Positions 46,997-57,200 of a DNA stretch of 64,000 nt are shown here, piece after piece. The DNA is taken from contig CAKQUX010000003.1 of the NCBI GenBank assembly GCA_934277645.1, positions 71,934-135,933 on the forward strand. Reading direction: 5' to 3'. Numbering within the stretch: position 1 is the stretch's first letter; each line of letters starts with the position of its first letter. The notes beneath the pieces were generated by a model. It was not told where the DNA came from, ran no database searches, and saw nothing but the letters and a program-made list of their open reading frames with translations. Source of the stretch: an uncultured Clostridia bacterium (GTDB lineage Bacteria; Bacillota; Clostridia; Christensenellales; CAG-917). A program made the position numbers and the translations under genes.

Positions 46997-49573
46997 ATGG
47001 ATATCGAAAAATTCACAAGGAAATCGGTTACCGCAATCACCGACGCACAGAATTATGCGAAGAAGAACGGCAGCAACCAGATTGCTTTGGAACATCTGGC
47101 GCTTGCGCTACTTACAGGTGAAGATAGCATCGCAAAAGAAATATTAAACAAAACGGGGGCGAATTCCGACGGACTTATAAAAGAGTTGACGTCAAGCCTT
47201 AAAACGCTCCCTGTAATTTCGATGGCGGGCGACGGGGTGTACGTTGACAGTAAAGTGCAGGACGTCCTTAACACCGCAGAAGAAGAAGCTAAAAAAGACG
47301 GCGACGCATTCGTTTCCGTCGAACGCATATTCGGGCTGATTTTGAAATCGCCGACGGATATGCTCAAAAAACTGTTTACTAAGTATTCGGTTTTTTATAA
47401 CAAATACACCGAGGAGGTAAAGAAAATGAAAATTACACCAAATACATCGGATAATGCCGAAGATACGATGGAAGCGCTCAAAAAATACGGCACAGACCTT
47501 GTCGAAAGAGCGAAAGAGAATAAACTCGACCCCGTTATCGGCAGAGACGACGAAATAAGAAACGTTATCAGAATATTGACAAGAAAAACCAAAAATAACC
47601 CTGTGCTTATCGGCGAACCGGGCGTAGGTAAAACCGCAATCGCAGAGGGTTTGGCGCAACGTATCGTTAGAGGAGACGTTCCCGAAGGTCTTAAAAACAA
47701 GAGCCTTATCGCGCTCGATATGGGCGCGCTTATCGCAGGCGCTAAGTACCGCGGCGAGTTCGAAGAAAGACTTAAAGCGGTTTTGAACGAAGTTAAGGCA
47801 AAAGAGGGCGAAGTCTTGTTGTTCATCGACGAACTTCATACGATAGTCGGCGCAGGTAAAACCGAAGGCAGTATGGACGCAGGCAACTTGCTTAAACCTA
47901 TGCTTGCTCGTGGCGAGCTTCACTGCATAGGCGCAACGACGCTTGACGAGTACAGAAAGTATATCGAAAAAGACGCGGCATTGGAACGTCGTTTCCAACC
48001 TGTTATGGTTGACGAACCGACCGTTGAAGATACGATTGCGATACTTCGTGGACTTAAAGAGCGTTACGAAATATTCCACGGCGTAAAAATTCACGACGAC
48101 GCATTGGTCAGCGCGGCAACGCTTTCTAACAGATATATAACCGACAGATTTTTACCTGATAAAGCTATCGACCTTGTCGACGAAGCGTGCGCTATGATAA
48201 GAACCGAAATTGACAGTATGCCTATCGAAATGGACGTTATTTCGAGAAAAATTATTCAGCTCGAAATCGAAGAAATGGCTCTTGAAAAAGAAACGGACAA
48301 ATTGTCGGTCGAAAGGCTCGAAAAATTGAAACAAGAACTCAAAGCCAATAAAGATAAGTTCGCGAAAATGAAAGCGCAATGGGATGCCGAAAAGAAAGGC
48401 ATTACGGGCGTGCAAGGCATAAAGGCAGAAATCGACAGACTTACGAACGAAGCCGAAAACGCAAAACGCAACTCTGATTATGCAAGAGCGGCGGAAATCG
48501 AATACGGACTTATTCCTAAACTCAACGAAGAACTCAAATCTGCCGAAACAAAGAAAACCACAAAGAAGAAACTTCTCCGTGACGAAGTTACGAGCGAAGA
48601 AATTTCGGCAATCGTTGCTAAGTGGACGGGAATTCCTGTCTCGAAACTTATGGAAGGCGAAAGAGAAAAACTTCTTCACTTGTCCGACGAACTCCACAAG
48701 AGAGTTATCGGACAAAACGAAGCCGTCGATAAAGTTTCGGAAGCTATCCTTCGTTCGAGAGCTAAAATTTCGGATGAAAACAGACCAATCGGTTCGTTCT
48801 TGTTCTTAGGTCCTACCGGCGTAGGTAAAACCGAACTTGCGAAAACGCTTTCGGAAAACCTTTTCGACGACGAGAAGAATATCGTCCGAATCGATATGAC
48901 GGAATATATGGAAAAATTCAGCGTATCGAGACTTATCGGCGCGCCTCCGGGATACGTCGGATATGACGAAGGCGGACAACTTACCGAAGCGGTCAGAAGA
49001 AAACCTTACAGCGTAATTTTGTTCGACGAAATCGAAAAAGCGCATCCTGACGTATTCAACATTTTGTTGCAAGTGCTTGACGATGGCAGAATTACGGACA
49101 GCCAAGGCAGAACGGTTGACTTTAAGAACACTGTCATAATCTTGACGTCAAACCTCGGAAGCAATTTGATTTTGGATTCGATTACCAAAAACGGCAAGGT
49201 AGACGACGAAACGAAGAAGACGGTGGACGAGCTTTTGAAACAGAAATTCAGACCTGAGTTTCTGAACAGACTTGACGAAATCGTGTTGTTCACGCCGCTC
49301 AGCAAGGATGAAATCAAGAGCATAGTCGACCTTATGATCGGCAAACTTGCAAAGCGTTTGTCTGACCAAAACCTTAATCTTGTCGTTACCGACAAAGCGA
49401 AAGACAAAATCGTTGACGGCGGTTATGATGTGAACTTCGGCGCAAGACCTCTTAAACGTTATATTCAAACGAACGTTGAAAACTTGCTTGCAAGAAAGAT
49501 TCTCGAAGGCAACCTCGATGACGGCGCAACTTTGACGGTCGACGTGGACGGCGATAAGTTTGTTATTAAATAA
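46997..49573 (+). CDS. clpB: ATP-dependent chaperone ClpB
   Basis: Clp N-domain, two AAA+ modules (GEPGVGKTA; GPTGVGKTE), a long coiled-coil middle domain, and a GAR sensor. GGAAGGAGG SD before ATG 46997. Confidence 0.95.
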   Translation: MDIEKFTRKSVTAITDAQNYAKKNGSNQIALEHLALALLTGEDSIAKEILNKTGANSDGLIKELTSSLKTLPVISMAGDGVYVDSKVQDVLNTAEEEAKKDGDAFVSVERIFGLILKSPTDMLKKLFTKYSVFYNKYTEEVKKMKITPNTSDNAEDTMEALKKYGTDLVERAKENKLDPVIGRDDEIRNVIRILTRKTKNNPVLIGEPGVGKTAIAEGLAQRIVRGDVPEGLKNKSLIALDMGALIAGAKYRGEFEERLKAVLNEVKAKEGEVLLFIDELHTIVGAGKTEGSMDAGNLLKPMLARGELHCIGATTLDEYRKYIEKDAALERRFQPVMVDEPTVEDTIAILRGLKERYEIFHGVKIHDDALVSAATLSNRYITDRFLPDKAIDLVDEACAMIRTEIDSMPIEMDVISRKIIQLEIEEMALEKETDKLSVERLEKLKQELKANKDKFAKMKAQWDAEKKGITGVQGIKAEIDRLTNEAENAKRNSDYARAAEIEYGLIPKLNEELKSAETKKTTKKKLLRDEVTSEEISAIVAKWTGIPVSKLMEGEREKLLHLSDELHKRVIGQNEAVDKVSEAILRSRAKISDENRPIGSFLFLGPTGVGKTELAKTLSENLFDDEKNIVRIDMTEYMEKFSVSRLIGAPPGYVGYDEGGQLTEAVRRKPYSVILFDEIEKAHPDVFNILLQVLDDGRITDSQGRTVDFKNTVIILTSNLGSNLILDSITKNGKVDDETKKTVDELLKQKFRPEFLNRLDEIVLFTPLSKDEIKSIVDLMIGKLAKRLSDQNLNLVVTDKAKDKIVDGGYDVNFGARPLKRYIQTNVENLLARKILEGNLDDGATLTVDVDGDKFVIK

Positions 49574-49647
49574 TAAACATACGTCTTGTTAAATCGGTAT
49601 AAATTCTCTTTGCTAAACAAGGTAGAAAATAAGGCGAGTCAACAATT

Positions 49648-49694
49648 AAGTAGTGGTGCGGTTGCGATAATCAAGTAGTGCGGTTGCGATAATC
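49648..49694. repeat. tandem direct repeat AAGTAGTG(GTG)CGGTTGCGATAATC x2
   Basis: Copies of 25 and 22 nt lie head to tail in the clpB 3' spacer. The first copy carries 3 extra bases. Confidence 0.85.
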
Positions 49695-49746
49695 GTGTAA
49701 AATTTCATTCCGTCTATTAGAGTTAAACTGCTTGTAAATAAAGCGT

Positions 49747-49784
49747 GACAAAAACTAAGAGAATTGACAAAAACAAAGAGAATT
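49747..49784. repeat. tandem direct repeat GACAAAAAC(T/A)AAGAGAATT x2
   Basis: Two adjacent 19-nt copies with one mismatch. Confidence 0.85.
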
Positions 49785-49793
49785 TGTTTAAAG

Positions 49794-49822
49794 AAAAACG
49801 GCTATTAAATTAGCCGTTTTTT
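49794..49822. terminator. bidirectional terminator between clpB and mgtC
   Basis: ACGGCTA-ttaaat-TAGCCGT flanked by A5 and T6 runs. Confidence 0.8.
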
Positions 49823-49858
49823 GTTGCTATTTTGCATATTAAATGTTAAAAATCATTC

Positions 49859-50554
49859 TTAAATTTCTTCGTATTTTTCAAGCGACTTTATGTACGGGTT
49901 TTCCGCCATAATTTCGTGAATACGTTCGGCAGTGTAGATAGACGTAACCGAAAATTCAAGGTCTGCAACGTATCCGCCTTTGCCGTCCGTGTTTTCTTTA
50001 TAACGCAAGAAGCGTTTGATTTTGAACACTTCTTTGAAACATTGCAACTCTTCGCTGCTGTTGACTTCTATTTGCGCTTTAAGTATGCTGTAAACTCTTC
50101 CGCGTAAAACTTTGAAAGGAATGTGCAACAACACTTGGAAACCTATAAGAAGAATCGTTGACGCAATGCCTATGACGTACATTCCTGCGCCGAGAGCAAG
50201 ACCGATGCCCGAAGTCGCCCAAATGCCTGCCGCGGTAGTTATGCCATGGAGCATATCTCTGCGATATATGATGACGCCTGCGCCAAGGAAACCTATGCCG
50301 CTGACGACCTGCGCCGCAATACGTGCAGAGTCTGCGCCTCTGACGCCGCCGCTTCCGATTGCTTGGTCGGCGAAACCGTATTTAGACACAATCATCATTA
50401 TGCAAGCTGCCATACAGACTATTGCGTGGGTACGGATGCCTGCTTCTTTTGAACGGGTCTTTCTTTCGTAGCCGATTAAAAAGCCGCAGAGACCTGCCAA
50501 GAATATTCTGAGTATAAGCCATAAAGCGTCAAGGCTACCGTCGATAATCTGCAT
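49859..50554 (-). CDS. mgtC: MgtC/SapB-family membrane protein
   Basis: GYERKTRSKEAGIRTH motif. AAGGAG SD before ATG 50554. Confidence 0.8.
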   Translation of the reverse strand: MQIIDGSLDALWLILRIFLAGLCGFLIGYERKTRSKEAGIRTHAIVCMAACIMMIVSKYGFADQAIGSGGVRGADSARIAAQVVSGIGFLGAGVIIYRRDMLHGITTAAGIWATSGIGLALGAGMYVIGIASTILLIGFQVLLHIPFKVLRGRVYSILKAQIEVNSSEELQCFKEVFKIKRFLRYKENTDGKGGYVADLEFSVTSIYTAERIHEIMAENPYIKSLEKYEEI

Positions 50555-50789
50555 TTTTACTCCTTGCAATAGTAGTTTTATTGTAGGGACAAATTGTTAT
50601 ATATATTATATAAAATATATAAAACTGTCCAAACGATTATTCTATTATACAGCTTTTTAAAAATTTGTCAAGACTAAGTTTAATTTATTCCGATATAATT
50701 TTTACGGCTTTTCTCAAAACGCTTTTTTGCGTTTTAGCCTTTACATAACACGGTTAAAAGTGTATAATATTTTTATTGGGAGAAGAACT

Positions 50790-51662
50790 ATGTTTGATAT
50801 AATTTACAATCCGACAAGCAAAAGCGGAAGCAGTATCAAAATTTTCAATGAGCTTATAAGCGAGTTCGATAAACGTGGCGTCGAGTACACGCTTCACAAA
50901 ACGGAGCGTAAGAATCACGCAACGGAAATCGTGAGAGAGATAAACAAAACACAAACTGACGCAAAGGTTTTGGTTTTGGGTGGCGACGGAACTTTCGGCG
51001 AAGCTCTTATGGGAATTGAAAACTTCGATACCATTGCGCTTGGACTTTTGCCTTGCGGAACGGGTAACGACTTCGCAAGAGCGATGAAGTTTCCGAAAAA
51101 GACGATAGATTTTGTCGAACAATTTTTGAAAGGCGAAGTCAGACGTACCGACTTTATTCAAATCAACGACGACTTGCGTTGTTTGAACGTCGCTGGGCTC
51201 GGTATGGACGTCGATATATTGGAACGCTATGCGACTCAAAAGGAAAAGAAGGGCAAAGCGAGTTATTTCGCCGCGCTTTTGTGGGTCGTTTTACACTTGA
51301 AGTTTCATAAAATCAGATATACGATTGACGGCGTGACCGAAGACAGAGATATTTTGATAACTTCCGTCGCAAACGGACTTTATGTCGGCGGAGGACTTAA
51401 TATGTCGCCGAATTCGGTTATAGGCGACGGACTTTTGAACGTAGTCATGATTGACAAACTCAAAAAGGGACAAAAATATCCGATGCTTTTCAGTTATTTA
51501 AAGACCAAGCATCTCAGCCGTCCTGAAACGAGAGAGTTCGTGCGTGATGAATTTGACCTTGAAATTTTGGACAACAGCAAATTTCAAATCGACGGTGAAC
51601 TTTACGATTTAAAGAAAATTCATTGTAAACTCGTCCACGACAAGTTGAGAATTTTAAACTGA
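50790..51662 (+). CDS. diacylglycerol/lipid kinase family protein (YegS/DagK-like)
   Basis: LGGDGTFGEA and PCGTGNDFAR motifs. Confidence 0.85.
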   Translation: MFDIIYNPTSKSGSSIKIFNELISEFDKRGVEYTLHKTERKNHATEIVREINKTQTDAKVLVLGGDGTFGEALMGIENFDTIALGLLPCGTGNDFARAMKFPKKTIDFVEQFLKGEVRRTDFIQINDDLRCLNVAGLGMDVDILERYATQKEKKGKASYFAALLWVVLHLKFHKIRYTIDGVTEDRDILITSVANGLYVGGGLNMSPNSVIGDGLLNVVMIDKLKKGQKYPMLFSYLKTKHLSRPETREFVRDEFDLEILDNSKFQIDGELYDLKKIHCKLVHDKLRILN

Positions 51663-51923
51663 GTAGTTGCGTTCCTTTTAGGCGAAACGTTTAAGTTGAT
51701 TGTATAAAGATTAAACTATTGGTTGCCGGTAAAAATCTGCTTTAACTTAGTATAAGATTTGTTTAAGTCAGTTTGAAATCTATCAGGTTGGTATATTAAA
51801 TCTATCAAGATGCCACATTATATTCCGATTGAGAATTGAACGAAACAAAGCTCGTATGAAATTTATTGTATTAGTTTAAATATCAAGACTTTAACTTATC
51901 GGTGCATAAATTTAATAGTAAAC

Positions 51924-51955
51924 AAAAAAGGCTTATCATTCGATAAGCCTTTTTG
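51924..51955. terminator. bidirectional terminator
   Basis: AAGGCTTATC-attc-GATAAGCCTT flanked by A and T runs. Confidence 0.8.
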
Positions 51956-52003
51956 ATTGTGTTTAATTTGCTTTAAGATGCAAGCACTTTAATGCCAAGA
52001 GAA

Positions 52004-53104
52004 TTAGTAAACGACTCTGACTTTAATAAGTTCGTCGGCAGTGATTGCGGATGCGTCCGTTTCGTCGCCGTCGATAATCGAGTAGTTGTATTCGCCGCGA
52101 GTAGCGGTTGTAACTTTACCGTTTACTTTTCCGAGCTTGCCCTTGTAGATAACGCCGATACGGTGAGTGCCGTCTTTTGCGACTTTAAGGTTAGGAAGGT
52201 TTACGCTGTTGATGATATTGCCGTCTTCAATGTAAGCCTTAATTTCTTCGGCAGCCATAACCGCGCAGTTGTCTTCGGCTTCTTCGGTTGATGCTCCGAG
52301 GTGAGGGATTGCAACAATTCCTTTAAAATTCAAGCAATCGCCGTCAGGGAAGTCTACGACATATTTTCTGACCTTTCCGCTTGTCAAAGCGTCTTTGACG
52401 TCTGCATTGTTTACAAGCTCTCCGCGAGCGGCATTGATGATGATAACGCCGTCCTTCATTTTTGCGATAGCAGCGCTGCCTATGAGGTTTTTCGTTTCAG
52501 GAGTGAAAGGCATATGAAGTGTAACGAAATCGCTTGCTGCAAAAACCTCGTCCATAGTTTTGTAAACGGTGACGAAAGGAATTTCCGCTTTTGCGTTTTC
52601 GCTAAGGAAAGGGTCATAGCCGACAACCGTCATACCGAGAGCGTTGCAAGCAGCCGCTACCTTTCTGCCGATTGCGCCGAGTCCCAAAACGCCGATAGTC
52701 TTTCCGAGAACTTCGGTTCCTGCAAATTGACCTTTGCCTTTTTCGACTTGTTTTTTAACGTCGTCGCCCGTAAGGGTGTTTGCCCAAGCATTGCCTTCAA
52801 AGATGTTTCTTGCGGCAATAAACAATGCGCCGATAACGAGTTCTTTAACGGCGTTTGCATTTGCGCCCGGCGTGTTGAAAACCACTATGCCGCGTTTTGC
52901 GTATTCGCCTGTCGGAATGTTGTTTACGCCTGCTCCTGCGCGAGCAACGCATTGAAGCGTTTCAGGAACTGCCCATTCGTGCATATTGAAGCTACGAACG
53001 AGAACCGCGTCCGGAGTAGCGCAATCGTCCGACAAAGCATATCCGCTTGTCAAAACGTCGTTGACCTTTTTTGAAATAGAATTTAATTTTAAAACGTTAG
53101 TCAT
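52004..53104 (-). CDS. serA: D-3-phosphoglycerate dehydrogenase
   Basis: 2-hydroxyacid dehydrogenase NAD-binding motif GVLGLGAIGRKVA. Adjacent to serC. Confidence 0.8.
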   Translation of the reverse strand: MTNVLKLNSISKKVNDVLTSGYALSDDCATPDAVLVRSFNMHEWAVPETLQCVARAGAGVNNIPTGEYAKRGIVVFNTPGANANAVKELVIGALFIAARNIFEGNAWANTLTGDDVKKQVEKGKGQFAGTEVLGKTIGVLGLGAIGRKVAAACNALGMTVVGYDPFLSENAKAEIPFVTVYKTMDEVFAASDFVTLHMPFTPETKNLIGSAAIAKMKDGVIIINAARGELVNNADVKDALTSGKVRKYVVDFPDGDCLNFKGIVAIPHLGASTEEAEDNCAVMAAEEIKAYIEDGNIINSVNLPNLKVAKDGTHRIGVIYKGKLGKVNGKVTTATRGEYNYSIIDGDETDASAITADELIKVRVVY

Positions 53105-53112
53105 TTTTCACC

Positions 53113-54180
53113 TTATTTGTTTTCCATCTCGAATTTTTTGAGATAATCGATAAGAGCTTTAACGCCTTCGATCGGCATAGCGTTGTAGATGCTGGCTCTG
53201 AGTCCGCCGACCAAACGGTGACCTTTAAGCGACAAGAGACCGTTTGCCTCTGCGCCCTTTACGCAAGCTGCGTCAAGGTCTGCGTTAGGAGTGGTGAACG
53301 GAACGTTCATTATAGAACGGACGCTCTTTTCGACAGGGTTTTTATAGAAATTTGAGTTGTCGATGAAGTCGTAAAGCATTTTAGCCTTTTCGTTGTTAAT
53401 CTTTTCGATTGCTTCGACGCCGCCGTTCTTTTTGAGATAACGAAGGTTGAGCATCATCATATAGATTGCAAAAGTAGGCGGTGTGTTGTAAAGGCTGTTG
53501 TTTTTAGCGTGAATGTCGTATCTGAGCATAGTAGGGCAGATAGGTTGAGCGTTTCCGATAAGGTCCTTACGAACGATAACGACGGTTACGCCTGCAGGTC
53601 CCAAGTTCTTTTGTGCACCTGCATAGATAAGTCCGAAATTGTTTACGTCGATGACGTGGCTCATAATGTCCGATGACATATCGGCAACGAGCGGCATTTT
53701 GGTTTTTGGATATTCCTTGTATTCAACACCGAAAATCGTGTTGTTGGAGGTGATGTGCGCATAGTCGGCATCATCACGGAAAGAATAAGAAGGAATGTAA
53801 GTAAAGTTTTTATCTTCGGATGAGCCAGCACAGGCGATGTCGCCGTATTTTTTGGCTTCTTTGTAAGCCTTCGATGCGAAGTTGCCGGTTACTACGTAAT
53901 CTGCTTTGCCCGATTTGTTCAAAAGATTGAGCGGAACTGCTTCGAATTGTGTGGATGCGCCGCCTTGAAGCAATAATACTTCGTATTCGTCGGAAACGTT
54001 AAGAAGTTCTCTGATTAAGGAAATGCATTCGTTGTGGACAGGTTCATAAACCTTTCCGCGGTGCGTCAATTCCATAACGCTCATTCCCGAATTGTTGAAA
54101 TCTTCTAAACTTGCCTTAGCTTCAAGCAATACTTCAAGAGGAAGCATCGAAGGTCCTGCTGCAAAATTGTAAACTCTCAT
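53113..54180 (-). CDS. serC: 3-phosphoserine aminotransferase
   Basis: YNFAAGPSMLP N-terminus and an AGAQKNLGPAG PLP-lysine region. Confidence 0.9.
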   Translation of the reverse strand: MRVYNFAAGPSMLPLEVLLEAKASLEDFNNSGMSVMELTHRGKVYEPVHNECISLIRELLNVSDEYEVLLLQGGASTQFEAVPLNLLNKSGKADYVVTGNFASKAYKEAKKYGDIACAGSSEDKNFTYIPSYSFRDDADYAHITSNNTIFGVEYKEYPKTKMPLVADMSSDIMSHVIDVNNFGLIYAGAQKNLGPAGVTVVIVRKDLIGNAQPICPTMLRYDIHAKNNSLYNTPPTFAIYMMMLNLRYLKKNGGVEAIEKINNEKAKMLYDFIDNSNFYKNPVEKSVRSIMNVPFTTPNADLDAACVKGAEANGLLSLKGHRLVGGLRASIYNAMPIEGVKALIDYLKKFEMENK

Positions 54181-54306
54181 TTTGTGGCTCCTTTTGTTAA
54201 GTAAAATGTTTTCGATAGAAAACTATCGATAGCAGAATTATACACCAATATAAAATTCAAGTAAACTAAATGGAATACTTTTGAGAAATCTTTTTAAACT
54301 AAAATT

Positions 54307-55008
54307 ATGAAAGTTTTAATATTGGCAGGGGGCAAAGGCGAAAGATTGAGACCGCTAACCGAGGGTATTCCGAAACCTATGGTTACTATGGTCGGCGTTC
54401 CCATTATCGAAATTATTATAGACAGGCTTGTTAAACAAGGCTTTAAGGACGTTATCGTGACGCTTGGATATCTCGGTGACGTGATAAAAAACTATTTGGG
54501 CAACGGACAAAGATTGGGTGCGAACATAACGTATTTTACCGAAAGCGTTCCGCTCGGAACGGCAGGCGCGGTTAAAAACGCCGCGCGAGAATTGACGGAC
54601 GATTTTTTGGTGGTGTCGGGCGACGCTTATTTTGAAATGGATTTTTCCGATTTCGTAAAAAAGCATATTGAATCGAACGATTTGGCAACGCTTGCGGTTA
54701 AGAAAGTGGACGACGCCACGGGATACGGGCTTGTCGAATTGTCGGGCGACAAAATAGTTCGCTTTATAGAAAAGCCGACCGAAAAGACAAGCGGAATCGT
54801 GAATACGGGAATTTACGCATTGAAGAAAGAAATCATTGAAGCTATTCCCGACGGTTTTTACGACTTCGGCAAAGATTTGTTTCCGAGATTGATTGGCGAA
54901 ATGGGAGCTTATCGTCTGGACGGCTATTGGTCGGACATCGGCACGCTGAAAAGTTATTATCAGACGAATCTTATGCTTGTGGAAAGCGGAAACTACAAGG
55001 TCTTTTAA
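54307..55008 (+). CDS. sugar-phosphate nucleotidyltransferase
   Basis: MKVLILAGGKGERLRPLTEGIPKPMV signature. Confidence 0.8.
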   Translation: MKVLILAGGKGERLRPLTEGIPKPMVTMVGVPIIEIIIDRLVKQGFKDVIVTLGYLGDVIKNYLGNGQRLGANITYFTESVPLGTAGAVKNAARELTDDFLVVSGDAYFEMDFSDFVKKHIESNDLATLAVKKVDDATGYGLVELSGDKIVRFIEKPTEKTSGIVNTGIYALKKEIIEAIPDGFYDFGKDLFPRLIGEMGAYRLDGYWSDIGTLKSYYQTNLMLVESGNYKVF

Positions 55009-55311
55009 CGCGCCGCTTGTGTGGCGGCACGAATAACCTTTGAGTGTTTCTTGTAGCGGTTCTATCGGTTATATTTAGGGGGGGGGTAATGCGTTTTTTT
55101 TGTGACGCAATTTTATTTTGGAAACCTAAAATTTAAATCGCAGACGTTGGATATAGCGTAATCGGCGAATAAATCGTAAACGATAGAAAAAACGTAATTT
55201 ATCGATAAATCCGATTGCGACAGATAAAACGTATAGCTATAAATAAACCGTACGAAAAACGATAGCCGCAAAATAGCAGGCGGAAATTACAATAAAGTCG
55301 CAAATTGCATT

Positions 55312-55345
55312 AGCGTTTGGCAAATACTGCCTGAACGCTTTTTTC
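55312..55345 (+). terminator. intrinsic terminator about 300 nt downstream of the nearest upstream stop codon
   Basis: AGCGTT-(GGCA-aatac-TGCC)-AACGCT followed by TTTTTT. Confidence 0.7.
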
Positions 55346-55509
55346 TTTTAATTCTTTTTGCGGCGGCGGAAGATACGCTTTGACGATACAAGTTAAAGCA
55401 TTGCCGCAATGCGATAAAATCGGCATAAATATCGCTGTCGCTTTGGGATAAGACGATAAAAATGTCGTTATAATATTATAATAATTAGTCTAATAGTTAT
55501 TTCTTTTTA

Positions 55510-55538
55510 TTGTAAAAATAAATCGATTGGTGTATAAT
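55510..55538 (+). promoter_or_regulatory. SigA-type promoter for rnj
   Basis: TTGTAA, 17 nt spacer, TGTATAAT (extended -10). Confidence 0.6.
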
Positions 55539-55562
55539 TTAGCATATATAATGGAGGATAAT

Positions 55563-57200
55563 GTGGCAAAGAAACAAGTAAAAGTTGTTTTTCTCGGCGG
55601 CGTCGGCGAAATCGGCAAAAATATGACCGCCTTGGAATATGACAACGACATAATTATTATCGATTGCGGCGTTACGTTCCCCGACGAATCGACGCCGGGC
55701 ATAGACGCAATCATTCCCGACACGACTTACATTTTAGATAATATTGACAAAGTGCGCGGCATAGTGCTTACGCACGGACACGAAGACCATATCGGAGCTA
55801 TTCCGTATCTTGCGGACGACATCAAAGTGCCGATTTACGGCACGGCGTTGACGCTTGGAATTCTCGACCATAAATTGGCGATGAGAAGGGCGGACGCAAA
55901 TATGATTACCGTCGAACCGGGCGACAAAATTAAACTCGGCGTCTTTGAATGTGAATTTATAAAGGTTGCGCATTCTATGGCAGGCGCATGTGCGCTTGCA
56001 ATCGATACGCCGCTCGGAACGGTCTTTTTTACCGGCGACTTCAAAATCGATTCGACACCGATTGACGGCAAACTCACCGACCTTCAACGCATTGCGGAAA
56101 TCGGAGCAAAGGGCGTTTTGCTTATGCTCGGCGAATCGACGAACGTCGAAAGAAAAGGACATTCCACGTCCGAAAAGGTCGTCGGAAGAACGCTCGATAC
56201 GATTTTCAACAACAATCGCGACAGAAGAATTACGGTCGCGACGTTTGCTTCGAGCAATTATCGCGTTCAGCAAATTTTGGACCTTGCCGAAAAGTACGGC
56301 AGAAAAGTTATATTGTCGGGCAGAAGCATGAAGATGATTGTCGAAGTAGCGGCAAGCGTCGGAGAACTTAAAGTTCCTAAAAACATAATCGTTGAAAGCG
56401 CAGGCAACTTGCCGTATTCTAAACAGCTTATAATTGCAACGGGAACGCAAGGAGAGCCTATGAGCGCGCTTACTCGTCTTTCGCAAGGTGAGTTCAAAAA
56501 AATCGTACTCGGCGAAAACGACCTTGTAGTATTGTCAAGTTCGCCTATTCCGGGAAATGATAAATATATTTACAGAGTTATAAACAATCTCTTTAAATGC
56601 GGCGCGGAAGTAATTTACGATGCAATGAACGACGTTCACGTTTCGGGACACGCCTACGAAGAAGAATTGAAGATTATGCTTTCGCTCGTAAAACCGAAAT
56701 TCTTTATGCCTGTACACGGAGAATATCGTCATCAAAGAAAGCACGCAATGCTTGCCGAAGCGCTCGGAGTGCCTAAGGCAAACATCAATATTCCCGAAAT
56801 CGGACAAGTTTACGGTTTTTCTAAAACCGAAGTCAAAAGACATTCCAACGTTCCGTCGGGGGCGATATTCGTTGACGGAGAAATGCTCGACGACGGAAAG
56901 AGTATAGTCAACGAGCGTAAACACCTTGCCGAAAACGGACTTATCGTCTTGCTCGTTTCGATAGATTTCAAGGCGGAAAAATTGTCGACGCCGTGCGACA
57001 TTTTGGCGCGTGGTTTTGAAATTTCGCCGGAAGTTTCCGACGTGATAAAGTCTATCGTCGAAAAAACCGTTTCGGAAATCAATTTTGCCGAACTCGAGGA
57101 TAGAGCGGATTTGCCTAAACTCATAAGAAAACCGATTAAGAACTATTTTGCAAAAGACAGACATTTCCCTGTCATTATGCCTATTGTATTGGAGGACTAA
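55563..57200 (+). CDS. rnj: ribonuclease J
   Basis: Metallo-beta-lactamase HGHEDHIG, beta-CASP and C-terminal domain. GTG 55563 follows GGAGGA by about 5 nt. ATG 55551 is an alternative start without an SD. Confidence 0.9.
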   Translation: MAKKQVKVVFLGGVGEIGKNMTALEYDNDIIIIDCGVTFPDESTPGIDAIIPDTTYILDNIDKVRGIVLTHGHEDHIGAIPYLADDIKVPIYGTALTLGILDHKLAMRRADANMITVEPGDKIKLGVFECEFIKVAHSMAGACALAIDTPLGTVFFTGDFKIDSTPIDGKLTDLQRIAEIGAKGVLLMLGESTNVERKGHSTSEKVVGRTLDTIFNNNRDRRITVATFASSNYRVQQILDLAEKYGRKVILSGRSMKMIVEVAASVGELKVPKNIIVESAGNLPYSKQLIIATGTQGEPMSALTRLSQGEFKKIVLGENDLVVLSSSPIPGNDKYIYRVINNLFKCGAEVIYDAMNDVHVSGHAYEEELKIMLSLVKPKFFMPVHGEYRHQRKHAMLAEALGVPKANINIPEIGQVYGFSKTEVKRHSNVPSGAIFVDGEMLDDGKSIVNERKHLAENGLIVLLVSIDFKAEKLSTPCDILARGFEISPEVSDVIKSIVEKTVSEINFAELEDRADLPKLIRKPIKNYFAKDRHFPVIMPIVLED

